A stretch of DNA of 64,000 bases, taken from the NCBI GenBank assembly GCA_965216635.1, contig OZ244188.1:32001-96000 (forward strand), in the 5' to 3' direction. Of the stretch, positions 19,831 to 28,729 are shown piece by piece. Position 1 is the first letter of the stretch. Each line of letters opens with the position of its first letter. Below the pieces are notes generated by a model. That model did not search any database. It was not told the DNA's origin and worked only from the letters and a program-made list of their open reading frames with translations. The position numbers and the translations under genes are program-made. This DNA is from a bacterium (lineage in GTDB: Bacteria > SAR324 > XYD2-FULL-50-16 > G965216635).

Positions 19831-19919
19831 GAACCTGTAGGGGATGTTTTTTTAAAAATCTGCAGGGGACATTTTTTTTGCTTTGCAAAAAATGTGTCCC
19901 CGTTCTTAAAGAAGAACCG
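19831..19919. repeat. OMP-associated REP-like element (family 2)
   Basis: CTGTAGGGGATG...CTGCAGGGGACATTTTTTTTGC-TTT-GCAAAAAATGTGTCCCCGTTCTTAAAGAAGA. Confidence 0.75.
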
Positions 19920-20060
19920 TTTCGTCAAAGGAACTTCCGTCAAGGGAGTTTCTTTTAAGAACGTTTCTTAAAAGAAGCTTCTTTTAAGCCCATAAATAGG
20001 TTTAAAAGGTAAACTTCTGTAAGCAAATTCAAAAGTCTATATTATCTAAGAATTTTATAA

Positions 20061-20732
20061 ATGAAACCATTATTTACTCTGTTCATTCTTCTTTTCACAC
20101 TAATCTATTTTTGTGTTATTTTTTATTGGTCTCCTTTAGAAATCAACCAAGGTTATGTGCAAAAAATTATGTATTTGCATGTTCCTTCTATTTTTATGGC
20201 TTATCTGGCTATCTTTGGGGTTTTTATTTTTTCCACCGGTTATCTTTGGAAGCCCAATGAAACTTACGATATGTTCTCTATTGCCTTTGCTGAATTGGGA
20301 GTTCTTTTTAGCTTAATAGCTCTGATTAGTGGATCTATTTGGGGAAAACCTACTTGGAATACTTACTGGACTTGGGATGCTCGGATTACTTTTACTCTAA
20401 TTTTGTTTTTAATTTTTGTGGGCTATTCTTTGTTACGCCATCTAGCAGACGAATCTGTCGCTATAGCAAAAGCTTCAGCTATTATTGGGATTTGTGGTTT
20501 TTTTTCAGTGCCTTTGAACCATTTGGCTGTAAAATGGTGGCGAACTCTACACCAACCTTCTAGCATTTTTTCGCAAAAAAATAGTATTTCTGCAGAATTG
20601 AAGTATTTTTTATTATTTAGCTTCGTTTATTTTTTGTGCTTGTTGTGTTTTATGTTTTTCGCTCGTTTGCGATTGGAACAGCAAAAAAGAAAGTGGAAGA
20701 GGAGTTTGTTTCTCCTCCGCCAAAACCACTAA
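20061..20732 (+). CDS. ccmC: Cytochrome c biogenesis protein CcmC
   Basis: MYLHVP, WWD motif GSIWGKPTWNTYWTWDARIT, WWRTLHQ. Confidence 0.95.
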   Translation: MKPLFTLFILLFTLIYFCVIFYWSPLEINQGYVQKIMYLHVPSIFMAYLAIFGVFIFSTGYLWKPNETYDMFSIAFAELGVLFSLIALISGSIWGKPTWNTYWTWDARITFTLILFLIFVGYSLLRHLADESVAIAKASAIIGICGFFSVPLNHLAVKWWRTLHQPSSIFSQKNSISAELKYFLLFSFVYFLCLLCFMFFARLRLEQQKRKWKRSLFLLRQNH

Positions 20733-20747
20733 TAAAATAATTGGATT

Positions 20748-20867
20748 ATGCCCCACAACTTTGAATTCGTTTTTTCTGCGTTCTCTATTAGCTTTTTACT
20801 AGTTTTTTGTTATTTGCTGTGTGTTTTTTGGCAGACAAGGAAGTTGAAGAAAAATCTCAAAAAATAA
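20748..20867 (+). CDS. ccmD: Heme exporter protein CcmD (39 aa, absent from ORF track)
   Basis: MPHNFEFVFSAFSISFLLVFCYLLCVFWQTRKLKKNLKK: one TM plus basic tail, between ccmC and ccmE. Confidence 0.75.
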   Translation: MPHNFEFVFSAFSISFLLVFCYLLCVFWQTRKLKKNLKK

Positions 20868-20871
20868 TAAT

Positions 20872-21306
20872 ATGCTTACTAAACGAAGTCGCCTAGCGAT
20901 TGCTATTATTTTGATTATAGGAGTATCTATTGCCCTATTTGCTTCCTTGAGCCGTAATCAAATAACCTATTTTTATACCGTAGAAGAGGTCCTCCAAAAT
21001 AGAGAGAATTTTCAGAAAAAAAAAATCCGTGTTTTGGGTTTAGTAGAAAAAGACACTGTGTTCTGGTCTGCTAAAGATACTAAACTGGAATTTTTTATTT
21101 CAGAAAACGGCAAAGACAAATTACAAGTAGTTTATACAGGTATCAAGCCAGATTTATTTCGTGAAGGACAAGGTGCGGTCGTGGAAGGCGTTATACAAGG
21201 AGATTTTTTTGCAGCAGATACTCTTTTAGTGAAACATAGCGAGGAATACAGAGTAGAGGATCACGATAAGAAAAAATCTAATTATCTAAAATCTATCACT
21301 GAATGA
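20872..21306 (+). CDS. ccmE: Heme chaperone CcmE
   Basis: YFYT, IRVLGLV, YTGIKPDLFREGQGAVVEG, LLVKHSEEY (HxxxY). Confidence 0.95.
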   Translation: MLTKRSRLAIAIILIIGVSIALFASLSRNQITYFYTVEEVLQNRENFQKKKIRVLGLVEKDTVFWSAKDTKLEFFISENGKDKLQVVYTGIKPDLFREGQGAVVEGVIQGDFFAADTLLVKHSEEYRVEDHDKKKSNYLKSITE

Positions 21307-22139
21307 AAAAAAAATATTACTATTGGTTACTGTTTTCAATCTCTCTGCTTGTCTTAGTGTCTATTTTTGGGTTTGGTTTATTTTTTGCTGAAGATCCCAA
21401 AACAATTCCTTCCAATTTACTACAAAAACCTGCTCCCAATTTTTTAGTTAAAACTTTCAAAGGGAATGAAATAGAACTCAAAGCACTGCGAGGAAAACCT
21501 GTGATTTTAAATTTCTTTGCTAGTTGGTGTGTGCCTTGCCGTAGAGAATTTATAGAACAAGAAGAGGCTTGGCAAAATTATAAAAATCAAGCTCATTTTT
21601 TAGCGATTGCAGTCAACGACAGCACAGAAGCGGCTAAAAAATTCGTGGTGCAGACTGGGGCAACTTTTCATACCGCCAAAGACGATGAAGACGGAAATAT
21701 TGCTTTGGAATACGGAGTAACAGGTATTCCTGAAACTTTTTTTATTGATGTCCAAGGCACTATCCAAGAAAAATTTAGCGGTGCTATCAACAGGGAAATA
21801 ATAGAAAATTTTTTACAAATACAAACCAGTCAATTAGAAGATAGAGTTTTAAAGGTAGCACATCTTTTGCGATGCCCCATCTGTCAAGGGCTTTCTGTTA
21901 AAGAATCCCAAGATCAAATTTCTTTAAATATGAAAAAAAAAATCCGCGAACTTATGATAGCGGGGAAAAGCAAAGAGGAAATTCTTGTTTTTTTTGAAGA
22001 AAGATACGGTGAGTGGATTTTGAGAAATCCTAAAAAGGCTGGTTTTAATGTGAGTTTGTGGATGCTGCCCTTTGGAGTAATATTAGGAGCTATATTTTTA
22101 GTGGGTTATTTTTTAAGAAAAAAAATCCACAACCAATAG
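21303..22139 (+). CDS. CcmG-like thioredoxin fused to a CcmH domain
   Basis: NFFASWCVPCRRE, YGVTGIPETFFID, then LRCPICQG...YGEWILRNP...LWMLP. Confidence 0.88.
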   Translation: MKKKYYYWLLFSISLLVLVSIFGFGLFFAEDPKTIPSNLLQKPAPNFLVKTFKGNEIELKALRGKPVILNFFASWCVPCRREFIEQEEAWQNYKNQAHFLAIAVNDSTEAAKKFVVQTGATFHTAKDDEDGNIALEYGVTGIPETFFIDVQGTIQEKFSGAINREIIENFLQIQTSQLEDRVLKVAHLLRCPICQGLSVKESQDQISLNMKKKIRELMIAGKSKEEILVFFEERYGEWILRNPKKAGFNVSLWMLPFGVILGAIFLVGYFLRKKIHNQ

Positions 22140-22186
22140 TGCCCAATAATAGTGTCCGACAATAGTACCTGATTTCCAAGAAATAT

Positions 22187-22350
22187 CTACAGGGATATTT
22201 TTTGCCAATTATTTATGTAGGGGACATTTTTTTTACCCCAACCTGAATGGGACATTTTTTTTGCTTTGCAAAAAATGTGTCCCCGTTCTTAGAGAAGGGG
22301 TTTTTGCGGGGACACATTTTTATCTACCGATAAAAAAATGTCCCCTGCAA
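22187..22350. repeat. Cluster of family-2 REP-like elements upstream of OMP copy 3
   Basis: GTAGGGGACATTTTT, GCAAAAAATGTGTCCCCGTTCTTAG, GCGGGGACACATTTT...AAAATGTCCCCTGC. Confidence 0.75.
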
Positions 22351-22380
22351 TATTTTTGTGATTTTTCTTTTTTTTTAGTG

Positions 22381-22409
22381 TTGACTTTAAGGGATCTTTT
22401 GATTATTAT
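22381..22409 (+). promoter_or_regulatory. Sigma70-like promoter for OMP copy 3
   Basis: TTGACT-17 bp-TATTAT with extended TG. Confidence 0.65.
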
Positions 22410-22476
22410 GAGATTTTTAGATAGATTTAAGATCTATATTTCTTTTCTTTATGTTTAATTTAAATTAAAAAATAAA

Positions 22477-23640
22477 ATGCCAAATAAAATGAATAGTAAA
22501 AATTTTACTGGTTCGGTTATGGGTAGGTTTGCTGGCTCGGTTAAGGGTATGTTTGCTGGTTCGTTTATGGCTGTCTTTTTCGTGGGTTTGCTTTTTTCTC
22601 TTGTAGGTGTGGCGAATAGTCTGCAGGCACAGGAAAGACAGCAGGGATTTTTTGTTGGTGCTAGTCCCTATTCTTTTATAGGTGCAAAAATAAAAAAATC
22701 AACATCCGCAGTAGTAACTGGCACTGCAGCCTTTGAATATCAAGCTACTATTGATAATGATCCAAATGTTTCTGGATTTGAAAACAATACTTTTGGGGCG
22801 ATAAACTCTTCCATAACCGATGAAGAGGCGAAACAGTCTTTAATTAGAGGAGCCATAGAGCTTTGTAAGCAAGGAACTGCTACTACGGATATATTACTAG
22901 ACGTTAACATTCCGCTTGACCCAAACGACACAGTGTCAAATCCTACCTACCCTAACCCAAATACTGCAGATTTTTATATTGGATACCAAGGAAGCTTGGC
23001 AACAGGTTCAGCCAAAACTACAGAAATCTGTCATCTTCCAGCATCAGGTACATTTTCTAATACTCTTGCTGTAGCAGCCACAGAGTCATCGGAATCCTTG
23101 CAAGGAGGTTTGGCATTCCAGTTTGGCTATAATCTTGAAAAATATAGAGTTTCTTTGACAAACTTTAGCAGTAAAGGAGGAGGCACAACGTTGACAAATA
23201 ATCTAGTGCTGGCGGATTGGTTTTTAGCTCAAGGATTTTATGCAGGGGTTGGTGTTACTAACGCAAGGCTAGAAACAGAGATAGGCTCCCAAACCAAGAC
23301 AGCTGCTGCTTTTAACCTTGGATATTCACGTAAGATAGGAAATTTACAACTAGAAGCGGGCTACCTTGTTTTAAATAGCAGTTTTGCTTTACAAAAAGAA
23401 ACAGACCGACAAACAGTAGTAGCCCGAGGCACTGCTGAAACACAAACACTAGGTGAAACTAACAACCTTAGGAATAGAATTGGAGGATTTCAAACCAATA
23501 CTAGTGTTTCTCCTGTCTACCTATCAATTGTAGAAGTTACGAGAACTCCAACTGCTACTGAGACTGAGATTGAGACTACAAAGATAGAACTCCAACCACA
23601 AAAAATTATCTATTTCCGCCTAATCTATAAATTTCATTAA
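22477..23640 (+). CDS. Outer-membrane beta-barrel protein, variable family copy 3
   Basis: SLQAQ, GFFVG, AFQFGY...KYRVSL...ADWFLAQGFYAGVG...NLGY...LEAGY, terminal YFRLIYKFH. Confidence 0.85.
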   Translation: MPNKMNSKNFTGSVMGRFAGSVKGMFAGSFMAVFFVGLLFSLVGVANSLQAQERQQGFFVGASPYSFIGAKIKKSTSAVVTGTAAFEYQATIDNDPNVSGFENNTFGAINSSITDEEAKQSLIRGAIELCKQGTATTDILLDVNIPLDPNDTVSNPTYPNPNTADFYIGYQGSLATGSAKTTEICHLPASGTFSNTLAVAATESSESLQGGLAFQFGYNLEKYRVSLTNFSSKGGGTTLTNNLVLADWFLAQGFYAGVGVTNARLETEIGSQTKTAAAFNLGYSRKIGNLQLEAGYLVLNSSFALQKETDRQTVVARGTAETQTLGETNNLRNRIGGFQTNTSVSPVYLSIVEVTRTPTATETEIETTKIELQPQKIIYFRLIYKFH

Positions 23641-23660
23641 GCAAAACCACAAAAACACCG

Positions 23661-23729
23661 TCTTCTTTAAGAACGGGGACACATTTTCACCCAAAATGGT
23701 TGCTTAGTCAACCATCTGGAGCAAAAAAA
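23661..23729. repeat. Family-2 element with its first arm inverted, downstream of OMP copy 3
   Basis: TCTTCTTTAAGAACGGGGACACATTTT followed by the CCAAAATGGTTGCTTAGTCAACCAT hairpin also seen at about 18251. Confidence 0.72.
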
Positions 23730-24161
23730 ATGGGAAAACTAGAAAAAATCTGGCTCAAAAGAGCGAAATTAGGGGTTATGGATGAAGTTCCAAAAGCAGA
23801 ATTGAAGGCAAAAGTAGGTTTAGTGGACAACCTAGAAAAAAACATTTTCAGACAAATCACTATTATGGAAAAAGAAATTTGGGATAGTTTAATGGAATCT
23901 TTAGGGGGCGAGCTTGTTCCTCAAACTAGAAGAGCTAATCTTATGGTGAGTGGTATTAGCTTAGTCCATAGTCGGAAAAAGATATTGGTTATCGGGAAGT
24001 GTGAAATTCAAATTTTCGGAGAGACAAAACCTTGTGAAAGAATGGACGAAGCTATGGACGGCTTACAAAACCTTATGCGTCCCAATTGGAAAGGAGGGGC
24101 TTTTGGGAAAGCCTTATCCGGTGGAATTATTTCGCAAGGAGATGAAGTTTATTGGAAATGA
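23730..24161 (+). CDS. MOSC domain protein
   Basis: RQIT, RRANLMVSG, GETKPCERMDE, WKGG; start moved to ATG 23730. Confidence 0.9.
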   Translation: MGKLEKIWLKRAKLGVMDEVPKAELKAKVGLVDNLEKNIFRQITIMEKEIWDSLMESLGGELVPQTRRANLMVSGISLVHSRKKILVIGKCEIQIFGETKPCERMDEAMDGLQNLMRPNWKGGAFGKALSGGIISQGDEVYWK

Positions 24162-24475
24162 AAAAAATTCACTCAACTGGCAAACAGTCTACTGGCAAAC
24201 AATCTACTGCCAAACAGTCTACTGGCAAACAGTCTACTGGAAAACAATCTACTAATATTAAGGGGATTATTAAGTTGACTTTTACTTGGTCTTATCTTAT
24301 ATCCCTTTTAATTTCTGCAGCCGCCATATTTCGTTACGCTCATATTCAGCAACTAAAGCCCGGATTTATTTTATTCTCTTTTGCGATGAAGTTTTTTGTA
24401 TTTTCTTTTTTGCTTAGTTGGATTTGCTTATTTATTATTTTTTTTGTGATGGCAAAATTCCAAAAAAAGATGTAG
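24152..24475 (+). CDS. Small 2-TM protein with STGKQ pentapeptide tandem repeat
   Basis: 15-bp repeat x5 at about 24173..24253, then two hydrophobic helices. Confidence 0.6.
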   Translation: MEMKKIHSTGKQSTGKQSTAKQSTGKQSTGKQSTNIKGIIKLTFTWSYLISLLISAAAIFRYAHIQQLKPGFILFSFAMKFFVFSFLLSWICLFIIFFVMAKFQKKM

Positions 24476-24504
24476 CTTATTATTTTGATAACAGAAATAT
24501 TAGT

Positions 24505-25920
24505 ATGGAAGAATTTGATTTAGTAATAATAGGCTCAGGTCCTGGCGGCTATGTTTGTGCTATTAGGGCAGCACAGAATGGATTAAAAACAGCTCTAGTA
24601 GAAAAATACTCTTGTTTTGGAGGAACTTGCTTGAATGTTGGTTGTATTCCTTCCAAAAGTCTGCTGCATTCTAGCGAACTTTATGAAAAAGCAATCACAG
24701 ATTTTCCTCGTTATGGAATAGAGGTGGATGGGGTGCGGCTGAATTGGGGAAAGATGCAAGCAGCGAAAAATAAAGTTGTCGCTAATAGCAACGAGGGTAT
24801 AAAATACCTATTCAAAAAAAATAAGGTTACCCATTTAGAAGGAGTAGCTTCTTTTGTGGCTAAAAACGAAATCCAAGTAACTACTGTTAAAGAAAAAACC
24901 TCTATAAAAACTAAAAACATTGTTATTGCTAGTGGATCTAAACCGAGCGAACTTGATCGAATCAAACTAGATAAAAAAAGAATTATTAGCTCTACCGAGG
25001 CTTTGTCTTTAGAAGAGGTGCCTGAAAAAATGCTTGTTGTAGGAGGGGGTGTTATCGGCTGTGAGTTAGCTTCTATCTATAGTAGGCTGGGTAGTAAGGT
25101 TAGTATTATAGAATATGCAGATTCTATTCTGCCTACAATGGATAAAGAGCTGGGAAAAGTTTTGCAAAATTCACTTAAAAAAATTGGTATAAAATTTTTT
25201 TTATCGCATTCTGTCGCTGAATCCGAAATAAAAGAAAACTCTGTTATCCTTCACGCGAAAGATACAAAAAAAAACAATGTGAGTTGGGAAGCCGATTACT
25301 GTCTACTTGCTGTCGGCAGATGTGCCTATACTACTGGACTTGATTTAGAAAAAATAGGAATAGAAACTAACGCACAGGGAATCATTCCAGTAAATTCTCA
25401 CTTTCAGGTTTCTTTAGGGCAAACTTCTGCACCAAATATTTATGCAATTGGGGATGTAATAGGAGGTTTGATGTTAGCTCATAAAGCAGAAGAAGAAGGA
25501 ATTTTTGTTGCCGATTATTTAAGCGCTAAAACACCTCACATAAATTATGCGACTATTCCCTCCGTTGTCTATACTTTTCCCGAAGTAGCTAGTGTAGGTT
25601 TTTCTGAAGAAGAGTTAAATCAAAAATCTATTTCCTATAAAAAAGGAACTTTTGCTTTTAAGAATTTAGGAAAAGCTAATGCAGCTGGCGAAACAGAAGG
25701 GATGGTAAAGGTTTTAGCAGAATCCAAAACCGATGAAATTTTAGGGGTGCATATTGTAGGCTCTAGGGCTTCCGATTTGATAGCAGAAGCAGTGGTTGCT
25801 ATGGAATATAAAGCATCTGCAGAAGATATAGCGATGAGTAACCACGCACACCCTACTTTTAGCGAGGCTATGAAAGAAGCCTGTATGGATGCGTTTAATG
25901 GCAAACCTATACATAAATAA
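24505..25920 (+). CDS. lpdA: Dihydrolipoamide dehydrogenase
   Basis: IIGSGPGGY, GGTCLNVGCIPSK, MLAHKAEEEG, HAHPTFSEA; start MEEFDL at 24505. Confidence 0.97.
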   Translation: MEEFDLVIIGSGPGGYVCAIRAAQNGLKTALVEKYSCFGGTCLNVGCIPSKSLLHSSELYEKAITDFPRYGIEVDGVRLNWGKMQAAKNKVVANSNEGIKYLFKKNKVTHLEGVASFVAKNEIQVTTVKEKTSIKTKNIVIASGSKPSELDRIKLDKKRIISSTEALSLEEVPEKMLVVGGGVIGCELASIYSRLGSKVSIIEYADSILPTMDKELGKVLQNSLKKIGIKFFLSHSVAESEIKENSVILHAKDTKKNNVSWEADYCLLAVGRCAYTTGLDLEKIGIETNAQGIIPVNSHFQVSLGQTSAPNIYAIGDVIGGLMLAHKAEEEGIFVADYLSAKTPHINYATIPSVVYTFPEVASVGFSEEELNQKSISYKKGTFAFKNLGKANAAGETEGMVKVLAESKTDEILGVHIVGSRASDLIAEAVVAMEYKASAEDIAMSNHAHPTFSEAMKEACMDAFNGKPIHK

Positions 25921-25989
25921 TAGCTGACCGAGCCTACTTATAGCATGAGAAATTTACCTTAAAATGAATGAAATTTCAATACTAAACTG

Positions 25990-27306
25990 ATGAAAAAATT
26001 TTTAAAAATTATCATTTATGGGATACTTTCTTTAATCTTATTTTTTATTATAGGAATTATTTCTTACTCTTGGATTCTAAGACCAAAAATTTCTTTAAAA
26101 TTACTAGCACCAAAGGCTAAACTTGAACTTCCAGTACACCTACAATTTTTCCCAGACAATCAAAACCAATTTGTAGTTGTAGAATTGAGCGGGAAAATCA
26201 AATGGTTTTCAAGAAGTAGTCAAACAACAGAAGGGATTGTATTAGATATTAGTGATTCTGTTCGGTTAGAATTTGAAGGAGGTCTATGGTCTATTGCTTT
26301 TGATCCAGAATTTAGAAAAAACAGATATTTCTATGTGTTTTATTCTGTAGCAGAACCTTCCGTTTCAAGAATTTCTAGATTTACAATGAATACTGACTAC
26401 ACTGCTTCTAGAGAAAGCGAATTGATAATTCTTGAAATTAAGCAAAAAAGTGCTTGGCACAACGGAGGGATGTTGCTTTTTGGCAAGGATAAAATGCTTT
26501 ATGCATCTATTGGAGATGATTTATCTCGAAATTTATTACAAACTAGAAAAAGTTTATTAGGTAGCATTATCCGCATTGATGTAAGTGAATCTACAATAGA
26601 TAAACCGTATAAAATTCCACCAGATAACCCTTTTGTTTCAAATATTGATGGCTCTCTAAAAGAAATTTGGGCTTATGGGTTTCGTAATCCTTGGCGATTT
26701 AGCTTTGATAAAAAAACGCAAAAAATGTACTTGGGTGATGTAGGTGCTAATAATGCTGAAGAAGTGGATCTGGTTGAAAAAGGAAAAAATTATGGTTGGC
26801 CCAGAATGGAAGGTAAGCACTGTTTTCCAATAGGTATAAAGGAATGTGAAAAATCAGACCTTACTTTGCCTATTGCATCCTTTCCTAGAATAGTTTCTAG
26901 CTCGGTCACAGGAGGTTATGTTTATAGAGGCTCTTCTATTATTTGGTTAAAAGGAAAATATATCTTTGCAGATCATTTACGTGGACTTTTTAGTATGTCC
27001 AAAGATAACCCGGCTAAAATTATCAGTTACCCTAAATTTTTACTATTTATGCCTAAAGCTAAACACGATCCTATCAAAGGTTACAGAATGTTTTTACCAT
27101 CTCTAGCAGAAGATAAAGCAGGAGAATTATATGTTGTCAATATTGTTGGTTCTGTCTACCAAATAACAGACATAAGTTTTTCTAATAAAGTAAAAGGCTT
27201 TTGGCAAACATTAACAACAGTAAAAGGACATCTTTGGAATGTTGTAAGATTTGTACAAACTTTATTAAAAATAGAAAAAGAAGATATTAGACAACAAGGA
27301 TTTTGA
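25990..27306 (+). CDS. PQQ-dependent sugar dehydrogenase (GSDH-family beta-propeller)
   Basis: HNGGML.FG.D.MLY, GSIIRID, IPPDNPF, EIWAYGFRNPWRFSFD, NYGWP, SVTGGYVYRG. Confidence 0.9.
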   Translation: MKKFLKIIIYGILSLILFFIIGIISYSWILRPKISLKLLAPKAKLELPVHLQFFPDNQNQFVVVELSGKIKWFSRSSQTTEGIVLDISDSVRLEFEGGLWSIAFDPEFRKNRYFYVFYSVAEPSVSRISRFTMNTDYTASRESELIILEIKQKSAWHNGGMLLFGKDKMLYASIGDDLSRNLLQTRKSLLGSIIRIDVSESTIDKPYKIPPDNPFVSNIDGSLKEIWAYGFRNPWRFSFDKKTQKMYLGDVGANNAEEVDLVEKGKNYGWPRMEGKHCFPIGIKECEKSDLTLPIASFPRIVSSSVTGGYVYRGSSIIWLKGKYIFADHLRGLFSMSKDNPAKIISYPKFLLFMPKAKHDPIKGYRMFLPSLAEDKAGELYVVNIVGSVYQITDISFSNKVKGFWQTLTTVKGHLWNVVRFVQTLLKIEKEDIRQQGF

Positions 27307-27328
27307 ATAAATATAAACCCTTTAAAAA

Positions 27329-28570
27329 ATGTCAAAACCCACCAAAGTAGTTACAGTCAAATCACTAAAACTAATATTGGCTTACTCAGGAGGATTGGAT
27401 ACTTCTGTGATTATCAAATGGTTAAGCCAGCAAGGTTATGAAGTAATTGCTCTTTGTTTGGATTTGGGGCAAAAAATTGATGACCTAGAAGAAATTCGCC
27501 AAAAAGCTCTAACTTCTGGAGCAATAGAGGCTATTGTAGAAGATGTAAGGGACGAATTTGTCAAGGATTATGTCCTACCTTCTCTGCAATTTCACGCACT
27601 TTACGAAGGAGTTTATTTGCTAGGAACTTCTTTGGCTAGACCTCTTATTGCAAAAAAACAGATAGAAGTAGCCCAAAAATACGGTGCTAAATATGTAGCC
27701 CACGGAGCAACTGGAAAAGGAAACGATCAAGTTCGTTTTGAATTAGCTTATTATAGCCTTAGCCCTGAAATTGAAGTTATTGCTCCTTGGAAAATGCCCG
27801 AATTTTTTGAAATGTATCCTGGTAGAAAAGAGTTGATGGAATTTGCCAAACAAAACAATATACCCATCAAAGCAAAGCCTAGTGCTCCTTGGAGTTCAGA
27901 TGAGAATTTGCTACACATTAGTTATGAATCTGGAATTTTAGAAGACCCGTGGCACAAACCTCCTAAGGAGATGTTTGAGCTCACTCAATCTCCAGAAGAA
28001 GCACCCGATGAGCCTGAAGAAATTATTCTTGAATTTAAGAATGGTATCCCAATAGCTCTTGACGAAAAAAAACTAGCTCTTACTCCTTTGTTTATCAAAC
28101 TTAACGAATTGGGGAGTAAGCACGGAGTAGGCAGAATAGATATTGTAGAATCTCGCTTTGTTGGTATGAAATCTAGGGGAGTTTATGAAACTCCCGGTGG
28201 CACTATTTTAATGCAAGCACACAGAGCTATAGAATCCATTTGTTTAACAAGCGATGCAATAGATCTTAAAGAAAGCTTGATGCCTCGGTTTGCGAGAGCT
28301 GTTTATCAAGGTTTTTGGTTCACTCCACAGGTTTATATGATGTTAGCGATGCTGGAACAATCTCAGCAGTTTGTAGAAGGTGAAGTTCGTTTAGAATTGT
28401 ATAAAGGAAATATTACAATCACTGGTAGAAAATCAAAATGCAGTCTTTATGACGAAGATATAGCCTCTATGGAAGAAGATTCTGGAGCCTATTCTCCACA
28501 GGATGCGAAAGGTTTTATCAAATTAAATGCGTTGCCTTTTAGGATCTACCACTCTGTAAGAAACCGTTGA
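27329..28570 (+). CDS. argG: Argininosuccinate synthase
   Basis: LAYSGGLDTS, LGTSLARP, HGATGKGNDQVRFE, GMKSRGVYETPG. Confidence 0.98.
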   Translation: MSKPTKVVTVKSLKLILAYSGGLDTSVIIKWLSQQGYEVIALCLDLGQKIDDLEEIRQKALTSGAIEAIVEDVRDEFVKDYVLPSLQFHALYEGVYLLGTSLARPLIAKKQIEVAQKYGAKYVAHGATGKGNDQVRFELAYYSLSPEIEVIAPWKMPEFFEMYPGRKELMEFAKQNNIPIKAKPSAPWSSDENLLHISYESGILEDPWHKPPKEMFELTQSPEEAPDEPEEIILEFKNGIPIALDEKKLALTPLFIKLNELGSKHGVGRIDIVESRFVGMKSRGVYETPGGTILMQAHRAIESICLTSDAIDLKESLMPRFARAVYQGFWFTPQVYMMLAMLEQSQQFVEGEVRLELYKGNITITGRKSKCSLYDEDIASMEEDSGAYSPQDAKGFIKLNALPFRIYHSVRNR

Positions 28571-28703
28571 ATTAGATATCCTAGTTCGGCTATGCAGCGG
28601 TTAAAAAAAATTTTGATTCTTGAAATATTATGTATATTCCTGCGACCCAAAATTTTTTTTCGTCTTGCCTAGCTTTCCTAATAATGCCTAATTCAAAGGT
28701 TTC
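28560..28703. mobile_element. MITE copy inserted in the last codons of argG, TGTAA target-site duplication
   Basis: Ends GAAACCGTTGAATTAG / CTAATTCAAAGGTTTC; TGTAA at 28555-28559 and 28704-28708. Confidence 0.82.
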
Positions 28704-28729
28704 TGTAAGGCAATAAAAAAAAAGGCAAA

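Noticed and set aside
17030..19919. Integron cassette array
   Set aside because: No integrase is present, I could not identify attC core sites, and each gene has its own long upstream region.
22261..22458. 65-aa ORF
   Set aside because: Made of family-2 repeat and promoter sequence.
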